From contig OZ218953.1 in NCBI GenBank assembly GCA_965112735.1, positions 5,580,001 through 5,644,000 on the forward strand: 64,000 nucleotides of DNA. The letters are read 5' to 3'. The DNA is from Phaeosaccion multiseriatum (lineage: Eukaryota > Protista > Ochrophyta, other classes). Below the pieces are notes generated by a model. It searched no databases and was not told the origin of the DNA. It worked only from the letters and a program-made list of their open reading frames with translations. Of this stretch, positions 52,872-64,000 are shown piece after piece (the first letter of the stretch is position 1; each line of letters begins with the position of its first letter). The position numbers and the translations under genes were made by a program.

Positions 52872-55589
52872 GACCGGCACTCCTAGTCCGACACCTCAAC
52901 GCCCCGTCCTCCTCACCAGCGCGGCCATTGCTCTGACGGCGAGCAGGGGGAATAGCGCAGCGCCCTTCCTGCCCTTCCTGCCCTTCGGTGTCCTCGCTTC
53001 CGCCCCTTTGCTGTGTGTAGACAGGTATCCTCCTGTGCTGCCCCGGCATCTGAGCGCCACGCTCCTCTATACGCCTCTCCATACGGTTGCTCCTGCTACT
53101 GCTGCTGCTAGTGCTCCTGCCCCCCCTCCGGCTTGCGCCCCCTGCTGTGGCTCTCCCTGCTCCTCCACCAGTGACTGCCTTCTCCCCACTACCGCTACCT
53201 CTCCGCTGAAACGCCAGCGGACGCTCCTGGGCCCCAATCTCCCTCTTGCGTGCCTCTGTCTTGTGCAGCAGTGGGGTGCGGCCGTTCCACTCGGGTTTCT
53301 TGACCCTTCTCTCTGCCTGAAGCTGTCGGAGTCGCTTCATCTCCTCGCCAATTGTAATCGGTTGCCCCCAGCTTCTCCGCAACGCCTCGACGGTCCCGTT
53401 CATCAGCACCACCTTGTCTTTGCTCTTTCCCTTGAGCGCGGAGAGCGCCTGGCGATGGTCCTCCCTGTCCCTCTTCTCCTTCTCCTGTCTCCGCTGCTTC
53501 TTCGACAACTGTTCTTGTTGCGGCGGAAGTTCTTCCTCTTCCTGGTGTGCAGCGTCCGCACCACTTCGAGTCTGCTGTCCCTCCTCCATACTACTCACTT
53601 CACCAAGCTTGCCCAACTTACGGAGATGCTGGGGCAAGACAGGTCCCTCCCTTTCCTGCAGCCCGTCTCTGTACTTCACATTGACCTGCCCTGAGTCGTC
53701 ATTGTATACAAAGGACACTTGGGCAGGGGCCCAGACGGAAGTCACGTGAGGCGCGGAGAGGCGATTGGGCTTCCTCCAGCGACACTCCACCTCCTCGCCC
53801 ACGGTAAAGCACGTCTGCACCACCTTTTTCGTGTGCAGAACCTCCAGGGCTAGCCCTTCCAAATGGGACGAGGACACGTGGCCATCTCCTGTTCCTGATG
53901 CCCTTCTACCTTCATGCCTTGCGCCATCCCTGCTATTCAGATCCTTTCTTTTGGCTGGTCCTGCTCCTCCTCCTCCTCCTCCTCCTCCTCCTCCTCCTGG
54001 GACTGATCCTGCTCCTACCCCTGCTCCAGCCACTCCACTTCCCCCGACGCTACCCGCTTGTGGGTGGGCAGGTCTCTGTCGGCGCCTTCTCCTCACATCT
54101 GTGCCCATTCGTGCGTCTGTCTGCAGCAAGCCGTCAAGCTCGCTCACCAGTTGTAGGTGGGTGGGTGGCTTGTCAGAGTCGCTGTCGTCGCTTTCGCTGC
54201 TCTCACCCGGAAAATGCCCCCGATGCCCGTCCCCCTCCTTGCCTATCTCTGTCTTTCCTCCCGCTGCCTTCTTCATCCGCTCGCTGCTGCAGACACTGCC
54301 CACATCGCCCCGGCCAAGTGCCAGCCCCTGTATCCCTCCCTCTCCGCTCACAAAGCACTGGTGCCCTGCTGTCTCGAGAAGGTCGTCTGTGCCCTCTCTC
54401 CATCGTCCTGCCCGTACCTCGGCCGCATCCAAAGGGAAGTAAGGGTCCACCGGAGGAAGCCTGCGGTGCGCCTCAGCCATCATCTGGGGGTGTTGCACCC
54501 ACTTCACACCGCGGTTGTACGTCTCGTACACATGTGAGAAGATTGCCGGATGTCTTGTTGCGCAACGGAAATGAGACGACGGACGGGGCGAGGGAGAGAG
54601 AGGGAGGGAGGGGAGAAATGAGAGAAAGGGAAGGAAAAGAAGGAAACTCTTCGAAGTTATGATTCATTGCCTCGCAACTCTCTCTCCTCATCGCTTCAAG
54701 CACAAGCCTCTCACCTGCGAAGATGGGTGATAGCGAGACAAGTGGACCAACGGCGCGGGGTGACTCCCGGGGGTGGATCCGGCGTGCAGCCCCCCAGAGC
54801 CTTTTCAAGTGCTGGACTGGGCTGCCACAGCCCGTTACTACTCTGCAGCCGACAGAGCTTCACAATGGACGGTGGGACGTAGTCTATGTGGCTGGAGGCT
54901 TGGGCTTCTCTCTCCTCTGCCTCAGCTTTGACGGCGCGTTGCAGGTACCGCTTCGGATTGACCGTGGACTTTGGTTGTCGGAAAGTAGTCGGATAGGAAA
55001 AGAGAGTTGAGAAAGCAGGCGAAAAAAGAAAACAAGAAAGGGGGCACATGAGTTAATGCATGTGACGATGGCTCTCCTCTTTACGCTCTCCTTCCCCTTA
55101 CCCACGACACACTATACGGATCCCTCTTCCACGTACCAGTTGTCCTTCCTGAACGGCCAGCTTTGTAGCCCTCGCCCTGAGGAAAGGGTCCAGAATTTGT
55201 CTGTCGAAGGTAACCTTAGCCTGTGCCTCGTAAAAGGGGCCCTGCTTGATCCATTCGTCCTTGCACTCCTTGGACGAAGACTTAAAAGGTCTCCTCTTCT
55301 CTTTCCCTTTGCCCGGGCGCCCTCGTCTCTTCGTTCCATTGTTGGCGGGCAAGTGTGGTGAGCAGCTTTTACCCCGATTCCCTTCTAAAGAGCCGAAGCT
55401 CGCCTCGCTGCGGCTGCTACCGCCGATTGCCCCCTCATCGGCACCCTCGCTGCTGGTGCTACTGCGTCCGCCACTGTGGGAGCTGCTATCGCCGATTCCG
55501 CCCTCATTCCCATCCTCACTGCTGGAACTACTGCTTCTACTACTATGGGAACCCTCCAGGCTTGGCTTCGCGCCTGGCGGAGGACGCAT
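51330..55589 (-). CDS. Hypothetical protein with a VWA5/PARP4-C-terminal-like helical motif, a Tudor/Agenet-like domain and a conserved-looking C-terminal domain; about 5 exons
   Basis: Exons at about 55589-55135, 54994-54714, 54548-52210, 51912-51697 and 51452-51330 (..HFRRIRAAEALLLHE..LE*). Motifs: IVKLCRLQSSNGLW..WSTCLAITHL; FTVGEEVECRWR..WAPAQV..VNVKYRDG..E..V....LRKL; PFVWGGSNLLL..LDFL..WFGPDFPFRDNPF. Confidence 0.6.
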
Positions 55590-55688
55590 AAAAGAAGCAA
55601 AACAAGAGGGGACGAGGCGGGAGGTTACGGATGGCACCAGACGGACTTGGCGACTGCGGATTCGACATGAGGAGAGTTGGAAAGGCAG

Positions 55689-58600
55689 ATGGCCGGTTCT
55701 GTCCACGTCCGCCTCGTGTGGTGGCTGGAAACGGTACTCTTGGCCCTGCTACTAACAGGGGAAGCAGGTGTGGTTCTGTTCTCGGTGCAGCCGTCCTCCT
55801 GCCTTCGATTTGGGGGAAATCTTGCCCTGTTCACAACGGCCAGCTCGGTCCAGGCTCAACAGCAGCAGACTCCAGACAGCGGAATAGGCCATGGGACTGG
55901 AGACGAGAGGCTTGTGGAAGAGGAAGTTGGGACTCTGCTTCGCAAGGCGCAGCTGCTTTTGGAAGGAGTGCCGGATGGGGCAGAAGGGGGAGAGCAAGTT
56001 GCCAGAGTGGAAGATGTCGTACACGCGATGGAGCTCATGGGCAAAGGTGAGTCCTGTTCTGCCAGCTTAGACAGACACATCCTAGAGAGGATCTTAGGAG
56101 GGGCTTAATGTGGGCATTGGGTGGGGTGCTTACCTCTCACTTGACTACCGCTTTCTTTCTCCCCTTCACCTGCCTCCCTTCTCCCCGCCACTTCACCCCT
56201 CGTAATGCACTGCACTGTGCGCTCTCATTCTTGCATCTTCCTCTCAGCCCTCCTGCTCAGCCCAGGCTCTCCCCGGGCGCAGCTCTCCCTTCTGAACCTC
56301 CTGTCTGGCGTAGGCGACACGTCCCAGCGCCTGTGGCTGCTGGAGACGGCGGTTGACCAGCTCCAGATGCTTTCTCTCCCCTCCCTCGCATCAACCCTGG
56401 CGGCCAACCTCGCATCCCTGGAGGACGACGTCCACAGCCCCTCCGCAGACGCCATGTTCGAGGAGAGTCTCCGCCTCGACCCGGACAACGTAGGCAAGTT
56501 GCAGGCAGTTGTTACTCACGCGCCCTCCATACTCCGCTAACCCTGTCGTCGCGTTGAGAGTCATTCATACCTTGCACTATCACCCGCCAAGAGACTGTGC
56601 CCCAACTTTGGAATTATTGGTTTTCTCGGAAGCTTGCAGTATCCCCTTTGAGCCCTGCGTTGATACATGTGAATGAAGGCACCTTTGCTTACCACCCCAC
56701 CACCCGGCGTGCGCTCTCTTCTCCTGTCTCGCGAACATGGCAGCGGCGCTTCTCTTCCACGGAAGCCGCCTGCAGCACTCGAACCGCTTGCCCCAGATGC
56801 GCCATCTCTACGCCGAGCACATCCAGCGACGGCCAGACCGCCTCGGAGTTAGGCTTGTCAACGCAGCAGCGGCGCCTGCCCACTTTGAGTCTTCGGAGGA
56901 TGTCTTGTCGTGGTACACAGTCGTGCTCCAAGCCATGCAGGACTTCGTTGGGGAGCTGGAGCTGCAGCAGCAACAGCAGCAGGAGGAGTCGCAGCACCAC
57001 GAGGAGCACGTGGAGGGGTACGAGAATGAAGCACGTCAAGGATACGACCCTGCTATGGAGATTATCAACATGCCGAGCTATCCGTGGCAGTGGATGGGAT
57101 TCAGCATGCGGCCGCTAATGCAGGTACATGCTTGCTCTTTAGTCCAGACTACTGTACCGTCGCCTGGTGAGCGTGCCTGCGGATGTTTGAGAGGGGGGGG
57201 GGAGGGTTGAGATGGTGCCTCAAGGGGCTGCATTTGTTTTTCCCTTCGAGTTTCAGGCAAGAGAGGAGCAAGCACGACGCAGCTTGTGTCCTGCTGGCTT
57301 TCTCCCCAGAGCTGGTATACGTGCTTTCCAGACATCGGAGGGGAAGAGGACGCGGGACATGCTCAAATCTCTCCTTGTGACACGAACAAACAGCCCAAAG
57401 CCATCGATACCTTTGCGTTGAACTTCTGCTCTCGCCTTCTCCCTCCCGTCGCCGACTCTCCTCTCCTTCCCTTTCCTACCCTCACTCAGGCCTTATCTGC
57501 CTCTTTGGTTACCTTGGCGCCATCCTTATCGGGAGTAGCCTACGGCTTGTCCCCTCTCTCGGCGAGCGGCGCCGCTGCTCCTCCTGCCAAGCGCATCCGT
57601 CTAGGCGTGGTGTTTGAGAGGCCCACCAACCACTCCCCATTCCGTCTGCTGGTGCCAGTTTTGGAGAAGCTTGATCGGTCGGCCTTCCAAATCGTTGTGT
57701 TTGCTCCGGAGTCGTCGGCGGCAGCAGAGGCGGCGCTGTCGTCATCTTCGGGCGTCGGGGATGGAGGTGATGATAGAAATGATGATGGGAGCCGAAAGCG
57801 TGGCAGTGGGGAGGAGCAGTACGGCCATCACTATCCCCCGGCAGCTGCGGCGTTGCTTCGCTTGGCGGACGAAGTTGTGTGGCTTGCTCCATCATCAAGC
57901 TTCCCGAGCCTGTCGGACACGTGGGCTGCTCGACAAGCCGTCTGCGCCGCGCGAGTGGACGTGCTGCTCTTCATGGCGCTTGGGAACACCCTCACCACTC
58001 AGCTCCTGGCGGTGGGTAGGCTCGCTCCGGTGCAGGTGAGAAAGAGTGTTTGGCGGGCGGGGGGGTGAGGAAAGAGGCGAGTACGCCCCGGAGGAAACGG
58101 GGCACGAAACTGAGGATGTGCGGCGGGGGTGGTGGCGATGTGGGGCGAGGAGGACATGGGAGCCAGGATCTACACGCACGCACCGGCAAGCGGACAAGCG
58201 CTCAACCAAATGAAACTTGTAGCTCTCCCTGCCAAGTCGCAATGCCAACCCACTAAACACTAAACACCGTTCCCCCGGCCCTCTCTCCGTAACGCTCTTG
58301 CAGATGGGATTCGGCCACGGCCACCCCGTGACGTCAGGCTCTGGCAGCATAGACTACTTTGTCTCGTCTGATCTGTTCGAGACGCAGTCCTCACTGGCGG
58401 CGAGAGAGGAGCGCAGGTGGTGAGCGAGAAGGGATGCCTCGTGACATACCCAAAGTACTTTTTGCCTGACTCAGCTGAGCTGTGAAACACACCACGGGCC
58501 ATCTCCCTGTCCCGTGAGAAAGGCCGGGGAGGAAATCCTGACACTGCTCTCTCCTCTCTGTCCTCTCTGCACACTTCCACTGACCCGAAAGGCTCCTGGA

Positions 58601-60092
58601 GAATGGCGGAGGAAGTCAGCAAGCGCCGCAAGAGCCACCGGCAAATGGCGACGGCGCCCAGGACTACACGGAGCAGCTCGTGCTCTTTGATTCTCTCACT
58701 GTCGCATGGCCATCTGGAGCCGCCTCTGCTGCGGACTCGCCCTCGTTGTCTGCTGCGGCTTCTCTACGAGATGGCATTCTACGTGTTCCTGCGAACGCGA
58801 CGCTGTACCACTGCCTTCAGGCGAGTGTCAAGCTCCACCCGGCCTTCGACGCGGTACTGAAGGGCATTCTGGAGGCAGATGCGTCTGCCAGGATTCTTCT
58901 CCTCAAGGGCAATCAGGTGGGTAAGGAAGGGTCTCTGCCCCTAGTCTGATGGCATCGAGGAGGGAGTTGAGCAAACTCACGCTAACCTCCTTTTCTCGCC
59001 TCTTCATGCACCTGGCCCTGCCTCTTTATCTCCCTTCGCACTGTGCTATCGGCAGGCGAACTGGCCTCGCTGGCAGCGCTCGCTGGGCCCGCTCCTGCTG
59101 CAGCGCCTCGAGCTCGTAGACTACATGCCCTACAAGGACATGATGGTGCTGGTGAGTGCTGAGTGGGGGGGGGGGGTAGAGGAGGGGAGACGAGGGGGCG
59201 CGGCCAATGTCCCTTACTGACCATGGCCACTCTTGGGGAATGAAGCGCTGCTACTGGTGTGTTAGAAGTGCTCAGCGGACGGCTTGTCGCAGAGCTCTGG
59301 TGCAGAGGCATCAGTCCACACCAACGCTTGCCGCACTCTCCTCCTCCTCGACCCCATTATTGTCTCTCTGCACTCTCTGCGCTCTCTGCAGGTGGGCGCT
59401 TGTGATGTCATGCTGGACACCTTCCCTTGGGGTACGGGGGTGACTGCTCTGGAGGCCTTCGCCCTGGGTGTGCCCGTCGTCACTCTTCCTTCGAGGTGCG
59501 TTGCTCGTCTTTGCAGAGAGACAGGGTGCTCTGTGGGTGGGGCGGGCACCACTGTGGACTACACCCCCTCACACAGCCCCTGCTCTTGAGAACGTGAAGG
59601 AAAGCTGTTGCTGTAAGATTTTAGTGACTTGGTATACCTCCCTTAGCTTCTGAACTTCGACTGGCCCCTCGTACAACTCCCTTACTCGACTGGCCTCTAC
59701 TCCTCTCTTGTACCTTCCACTCTGTCTCTCACAGGGTGTCCGTTCTCCAGCTGGTGCAAGGCCAAGTGCTGCAGCTGGGAGGGGACGTGCTCACCTCTAG
59801 CCTCATCGCTACGGATTTGGACGATTTTGTAGCGAAGGCCGTGCGCTTGGCCAGGAAGGAAGGACCTGCTCGTGACTTGGTCAGGCGGGAGATCAAGGCT
59901 CGGCGGCACCGGCTGTTTGGACTTGATTCTGATTCCGCTGACTCCGATTCCATCCATGCTGATTCTGTCGATCCCAGCTTCGGTGGTGACCGGGGTGATG
60001 ATCGCGGTTCAACTCCTGCAGATGCGGTGGTTCGAGAATGGGAAGGCTTCCTCAAGAGGACACTGAAATGCGCGCCCGGAGGCTGGGGTTGA
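55689..60092 (+). CDS. GT41-family (SPINDLY/OGT/HMW1C-like) glycosyltransferase with a hydrophobic N-terminus and a TPR-like segment; multi-exon
   Basis: RIRLGVV..NHSP..LDRSAFQIVVF; VDVLLF; RLAPVQ..GHPVTSG..IDYFVS; YTEQLV; CLQASVKLHPAFD..IL; DVMLDTFPWGTGVTALEAFALGVPVVTLP; LIATDLDDFVAKAVRLA. Confidence 0.85.
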
Positions 60093-60190
60093 ATACTTGG
60101 GGAGCAAAGCGCCAGGGAGAGAGGCAGTAGAGACGCCATGCAGCACAGCTTCAGGGGGAGGTGATCGCTGTGTTCCCGTTGGCAACTGGA

Positions 60191-60388
60191 TCCTACCCCC
60201 AGTGTCGGCACTGAGCTCACTAGGGTCTCTTGGTATTCTTCGAAGTTTAGGATATGCATATGCTCATCGCTCCTCCTGTAGATGGTGCCGCTTCGGCCGG
60301 ACAGAAGAGCGATGAGCATATGCATATCCTAAACTTCGAAGAATACCAAGAGACCCTAGTGAGCTCAGTGCCGACACTGGGGGTAGGA
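60191..60388. repeat. Perfect 82-bp inverted repeat (arms 60191-60272 and 60307-60388) with a 34-bp spacer
   Basis: The left arm TCCTACCCCCAGTG...CATATGCTCATCGCTC is the exact reverse complement of the right arm GAGCGATGAGCATATG...CACTGGGGGTAGGA. Confidence 0.95.
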
Positions 60389-60648
60389 GCGCAGGAGGTC
60401 GCGGCTGAGTGCCCCCCTCCTGACGTTGGTGCAGAGGCACCAGGTGTTGACGCCATTGGTGGTCAGCCCCTAACTAATAAAGACCGTGAAGAGTGTGAAG
60501 GTGTACCAGATACTATTCAAGGGCCATCAGAGGGACACCCTCCCTCTGAGGCACGCCGCAGAGAGGTGCTAGGTCCCATTGTGGACAAGGCAATCACTGA
60601 TCATGATTTCCCTGCGGAGCTGAGAGAGCCAATGATGGAAAGTTTGGG

Positions 60649-60732
60649 TTAGGGTTAGGGTTAGGGTTAGGGTTAGGGTTAGGGTTAGGGTTAGGGTTAG
60701 GGTTAGGGTTAGGGTTAGGGTTAGGGTTAGGG
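60649..60732 (+). repeat. Telomeric repeat (TTAGGG)14, preceded by one TTTGGG variant (60643-60648)
   Basis: Canonical G-strand running toward the chromosome end. Confidence 0.95.
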
Positions 60733-63700
60733 CCAGGCCAGGCCAGGCCAGGCCAGGCCAGGCCAGGCCAGGCCAGGCCAGGCCAGGCCAGGCCAGGCCA
60801 GGCCAGGCCAGGCCAGGCCAGGCCAGGCCAGGCCAGGCCAGGCCAGGCCAGGCCAGGCCAGGCCAGGCCAGGCCAGGCCAGGCCAGGCCAGGCCAGGCCA
60901 GGCCAGGCCAGGCCAGGCCAGGCCAGGCCAGGCCAGGCCAGGCCAGGCCAGGCCAGGCCAGGCCAGGCCAGGCCAGGCCAGGCCAGGCCAGGCCAGGCCA
61001 GGCCAGGCCAGGCCAGGCCAGGCCAGGCCAGGCCAGGCCAGGCCAGGCCAGGCCAGGCCAGGCCAGGCCAGGCCAGGCCAGGCCAGGCCAGGCCAGGCCA
61101 GGCCAGGCCAGGCCAGGCCAGGCCAGGCCAGGCCAGGCCAGGCCAGGCCAGGCCAGGCCAGGCCAGGCCAGGCCAGGCCAGGCCAGGCCAGGCCAGGCCA
61201 GGCCAGGCCAGGCCAGGCCAGGCCAGGCCAGGCCAGGCCAGGCCAGGCCAGGCCAGGCCAGGCCAGGCCAGGCCAGGCCAGGCCAGGCCAGGCCAGGCCA
61301 GGCCAGGCCAGGCCAGGCCAGGCCAGGCCAGGCCAGGCCAGGCCAGGCCAGGCCAGGCCAGGCCAGGCCAGGCCAGGCCAGGCCAGGCCAGGCCAGGCCA
61401 GGCCAGGCCAGGCCAGGCCAGGCCAGGCCAGGCCAGGCCAGGCCAGGCCAGGCCAGGCCAGGCCAGGCCAGGCCAGGCCAGGCCAGGCCAGGCCAGGCCA
61501 GGCCAGGCCAGGCCAGGCCAGGCCAGGCCAGGCCAGGCCAGGCCAGGCCAGGCCAGGCCAGGCCAGGCCAGGCCAGGCCAGGCCAGGCCAGGCCAGGCCA
61601 GGCCAGGCCAGGCCAGGCCAGGCCAGGCCAGGCCAGGCCAGGCCAGGCCAGGCCAGGCCAGGCCAGGCCAGGCCAGGCCAGGCCAGGCCAGGCCAGGCCA
61701 GGCCAGGCCAGGCCAGGCCAGGCCAGGCCAGGCCAGGCCAGGCCAGGCCAGGCCAGGCCAGGCCAGGCCAGGCCAGGCCAGGCCAGGCCAGGCCAGGCCA
61801 GGCCAGGCCAGGCCAGGCCAGGCCAGGCCAGGCCAGGCCAGGCCAGGCCAGGCCAGGCCAGGCCAGGCCAGGCCAGGCCAGGCCAGGCCAGGCCAGGCCA
61901 GGCCAGGCCAGGCCAGGCCAGGCCAGGCCAGGCCAGGCCAGGCCAGGCCAGGCCAGGCCAGGCCAGGCCAGGCCAGGCCAGGCCAGGCCAGGCCAGGCCA
62001 GGCCAGGCCAGGCCAGGCCAGGCCAGGCCAGGCCAGGCCAGGCCAGGCCAGGCCAGGCCAGGCCAGGCCAGGCCAGGCCAGGCCAGGCCAGGCCAGGCCA
62101 GGCCAGGCCAGGCCAGGCCAGGCCAGGCCAGGCCAGGCCAGGCCAGGCCAGGCCAGGCCAGGCCAGGCCAGGCCAGGCCAGGCCAGGCCAGGCCAGGCCA
62201 GGCCAGGCCAGGCCAGGCCAGGCCAGGCCAGGCCAGGCCAGGCCAGGCCAGGCCAGGCCAGGCCAGGCCAGGCCAGGCCAGGCCAGGCCAGGCCAGGCCA
62301 GGCCAGGCCAGGCCAGGCCAGGCCAGGCCAGGCCAGGCCAGGCCAGGCCAGGCCAGGCCAGGCCAGGCCAGGCCAGGCCAGGCCAGGCCAGGCCAGGCCA
62401 GGCCAGGCCAGGCCAGGCCAGGCCAGGCCAGGCCAGGCCAGGCCAGGCCAGGCCAGGCCAGGCCAGGCCAGGCCAGGCCAGGCCAGGCCAGGCCAGGCCA
62501 GGCCAGGCCAGGCCAGGCCAGGCCAGGCCAGGCCAGGCCAGGCCAGGCCAGGCCAGGCCAGGCCAGGCCAGGCCAGGCCAGGCCAGGCCAGGCCAGGCCA
62601 GGCCAGGCCAGGCCAGGCCAGGCCAGGCCAGGCCAGGCCAGGCCAGGCCAGGCCAGGCCAGGCCAGGCCAGGCCAGGCCAGGCCAGGCCAGGCCAGGCCA
62701 GGCCAGGCCAGGCCAGGCCAGGCCAGGCCAGGCCAGGCCAGGCCAGGCCAGGCCAGGCCAGGCCAGGCCAGGCCAGGCCAGGCCAGGCCAGGCCAGGCCA
62801 GGCCAGGCCAGGCCAGGCCAGGCCAGGCCAGGCCAGGCCAGGCCAGGCCAGGCCAGGCCAGGCCAGGCCAGGCCAGGCCAGGCCAGGCCAGGCCAGGCCA
62901 GGCCAGGCCAGGCCAGGCCAGGCCAGGCCAGGCCAGGCCAGGCCAGGCCAGGCCAGGCCAGGCCAGGCCAGGCCAGGCCAGGCCAGGCCAGGCCAGGCCA
63001 GGCCAGGCCAGGCCAGGCCAGGCCAGGCCAGGCCAGGCCAGGCCAGGCCAGGCCAGGCCAGGCCAGGCCAGGCCAGGCCAGGCCAGGCCAGGCCAGGCCA
63101 GGCCAGGCCAGGCCAGGCCAGGCCAGGCCAGGCCAGGCCAGGCCAGGCCAGGCCAGGCCAGGCCAGGCCAGGCCAGGCCAGGCCAGGCCAGGCCAGGCCA
63201 GGCCAGGCCAGGCCAGGCCAGGCCAGGCCAGGCCAGGCCAGGCCAGGCCAGGCCAGGCCAGGCCAGGCCAGGCCAGGCCAGGCCAGGCCAGGCCAGGCCA
63301 GGCCAGGCCAGGCCAGGCCAGGCCAGGCCAGGCCAGGCCAGGCCAGGCCAGGCCAGGCCAGGCCAGGCCAGGCCAGGCCAGGCCAGGCCAGGCCAGGCCA
63401 GGCCAGGCCAGGCCAGGCCAGGCCAGGCCAGGCCAGGCCAGGCCAGGCCAGGCCAGGCCAGGCCAGGCCAGGCCAGGCCAGGCCAGGCCAGGCCAGGCCA
63501 GGCCAGGCCAGGCCAGGCCAGGCCAGGCCAGGCCAGGCCAGGCCAGGCCAGGCCAGGCCAGGCCAGGCCAGGCCAGGCCAGGCCAGGCCAGGCCAGGCCA
63601 GGCCAGGCCAGGCCAGGCCAGGCCAGGCCAGGCCAGGCCAGGCCAGGCCAGGCCAGGCCAGGCCAGGCCAGGCCAGGCCAGGCCAGGCCAGGCCAGGCCA

Positions 63701-64000
63701 GGCCAGGCCAGGCCAGGCCAGGCCAGGCCAGGCCAGGCCAGGCCAGGCCAGGCCAGGCCAGGCCAGGCCAGGCCAGGCCAGGCCAGGCCAGGCCAGGCCA
63801 GGCCAGGCCAGGCCAGGCCAGGCCAGGCCAGGCCAGGCCAGGCCAGGCCAGGCCAGGCCAGGCCAGGCCAGGCCAGGCCAGGCCAGGCCAGGCCAGGCCA
63901 GGCCAGGCCAGGCCAGGCCAGGCCAGGCCAGGCCAGGCCAGGCCAGGCCAGGCCAGGCCAGGCCAGGCCAGGCCAGGCCAGGCCAGGCCAGGCCAGGCCA
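60731..64000 (+). repeat. Homogeneous (GGCCA)n array (654 units to the window end), distal to TTAGGG; probably miscalled telomere
   Basis: A 5-mer array with no variant unit that I could see, starting abruptly inside the last TTAGGG. The confidence refers to the array being present in this assembly, not to it being real DNA. Confidence 0.9.

Noticed and set aside
59729-60325. Minus-strand ORF sharing SDEHMHILNFEEYQETLVSSVPTLGVG with ORF 60254-60652, resembling a gene duplication
   Set aside because: The shared peptide is simply a consequence of the 82-bp inverted repeat, and the rest is antisense to GT41.
60093-60648. Hammerhead ribozyme or reverse transcriptase of a telomeric Penelope-like element
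   Set aside because: I found no CUGANGA/GAAA core and no RT motifs by eye, so no mobile element is annotated. An Infernal scan would settle this.

Overview
This is GC-rich, intron-containing eukaryotic nuclear DNA from a chromosome end, most likely a photosynthetic stramenopile (ochrophyte). That assignment rests on signal peptide + ASAFAP-like plastid presequences on FNR, RecA and VDR, and on the TTAGGG telomere. I can trace about 14 densely packed protein genes, many of them head-to-head. In order: the 5' part of NIPBL/Scc2 with an N-terminal Tudor-like domain; a very large PWWP-CXXC-AP2-class II HDAC fusion; a membrane-anchored tyrosinase; VDR; RBM18; a DNL zinc-finger protein; a helical-repeat protein; plastid RecA; a long coiled-coil protein; a plastid/Tat-signal + EF-hand + GSGY-repeat + carrier fusion; FNR with a Pro-Trp-repeat presequence; CUL4; a Tudor-like hypothetical protein; and a GT41 (SPY/OGT-like) glycosyltransferase. 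The last gene stops about 560 bp from the telomere. It is followed by a perfect 82-bp inverted repeat, an ORF fragment whose stop codon lies in the first telomere repeat, 14 TTAGGG units, and 3.27 kb of perfect (GGCCA)n. That array is most likely a long-read basecalling artefact of the telomere, but a real repeat switch should be excluded. All exon boundaries were inferred by eye, and no database searches were run.
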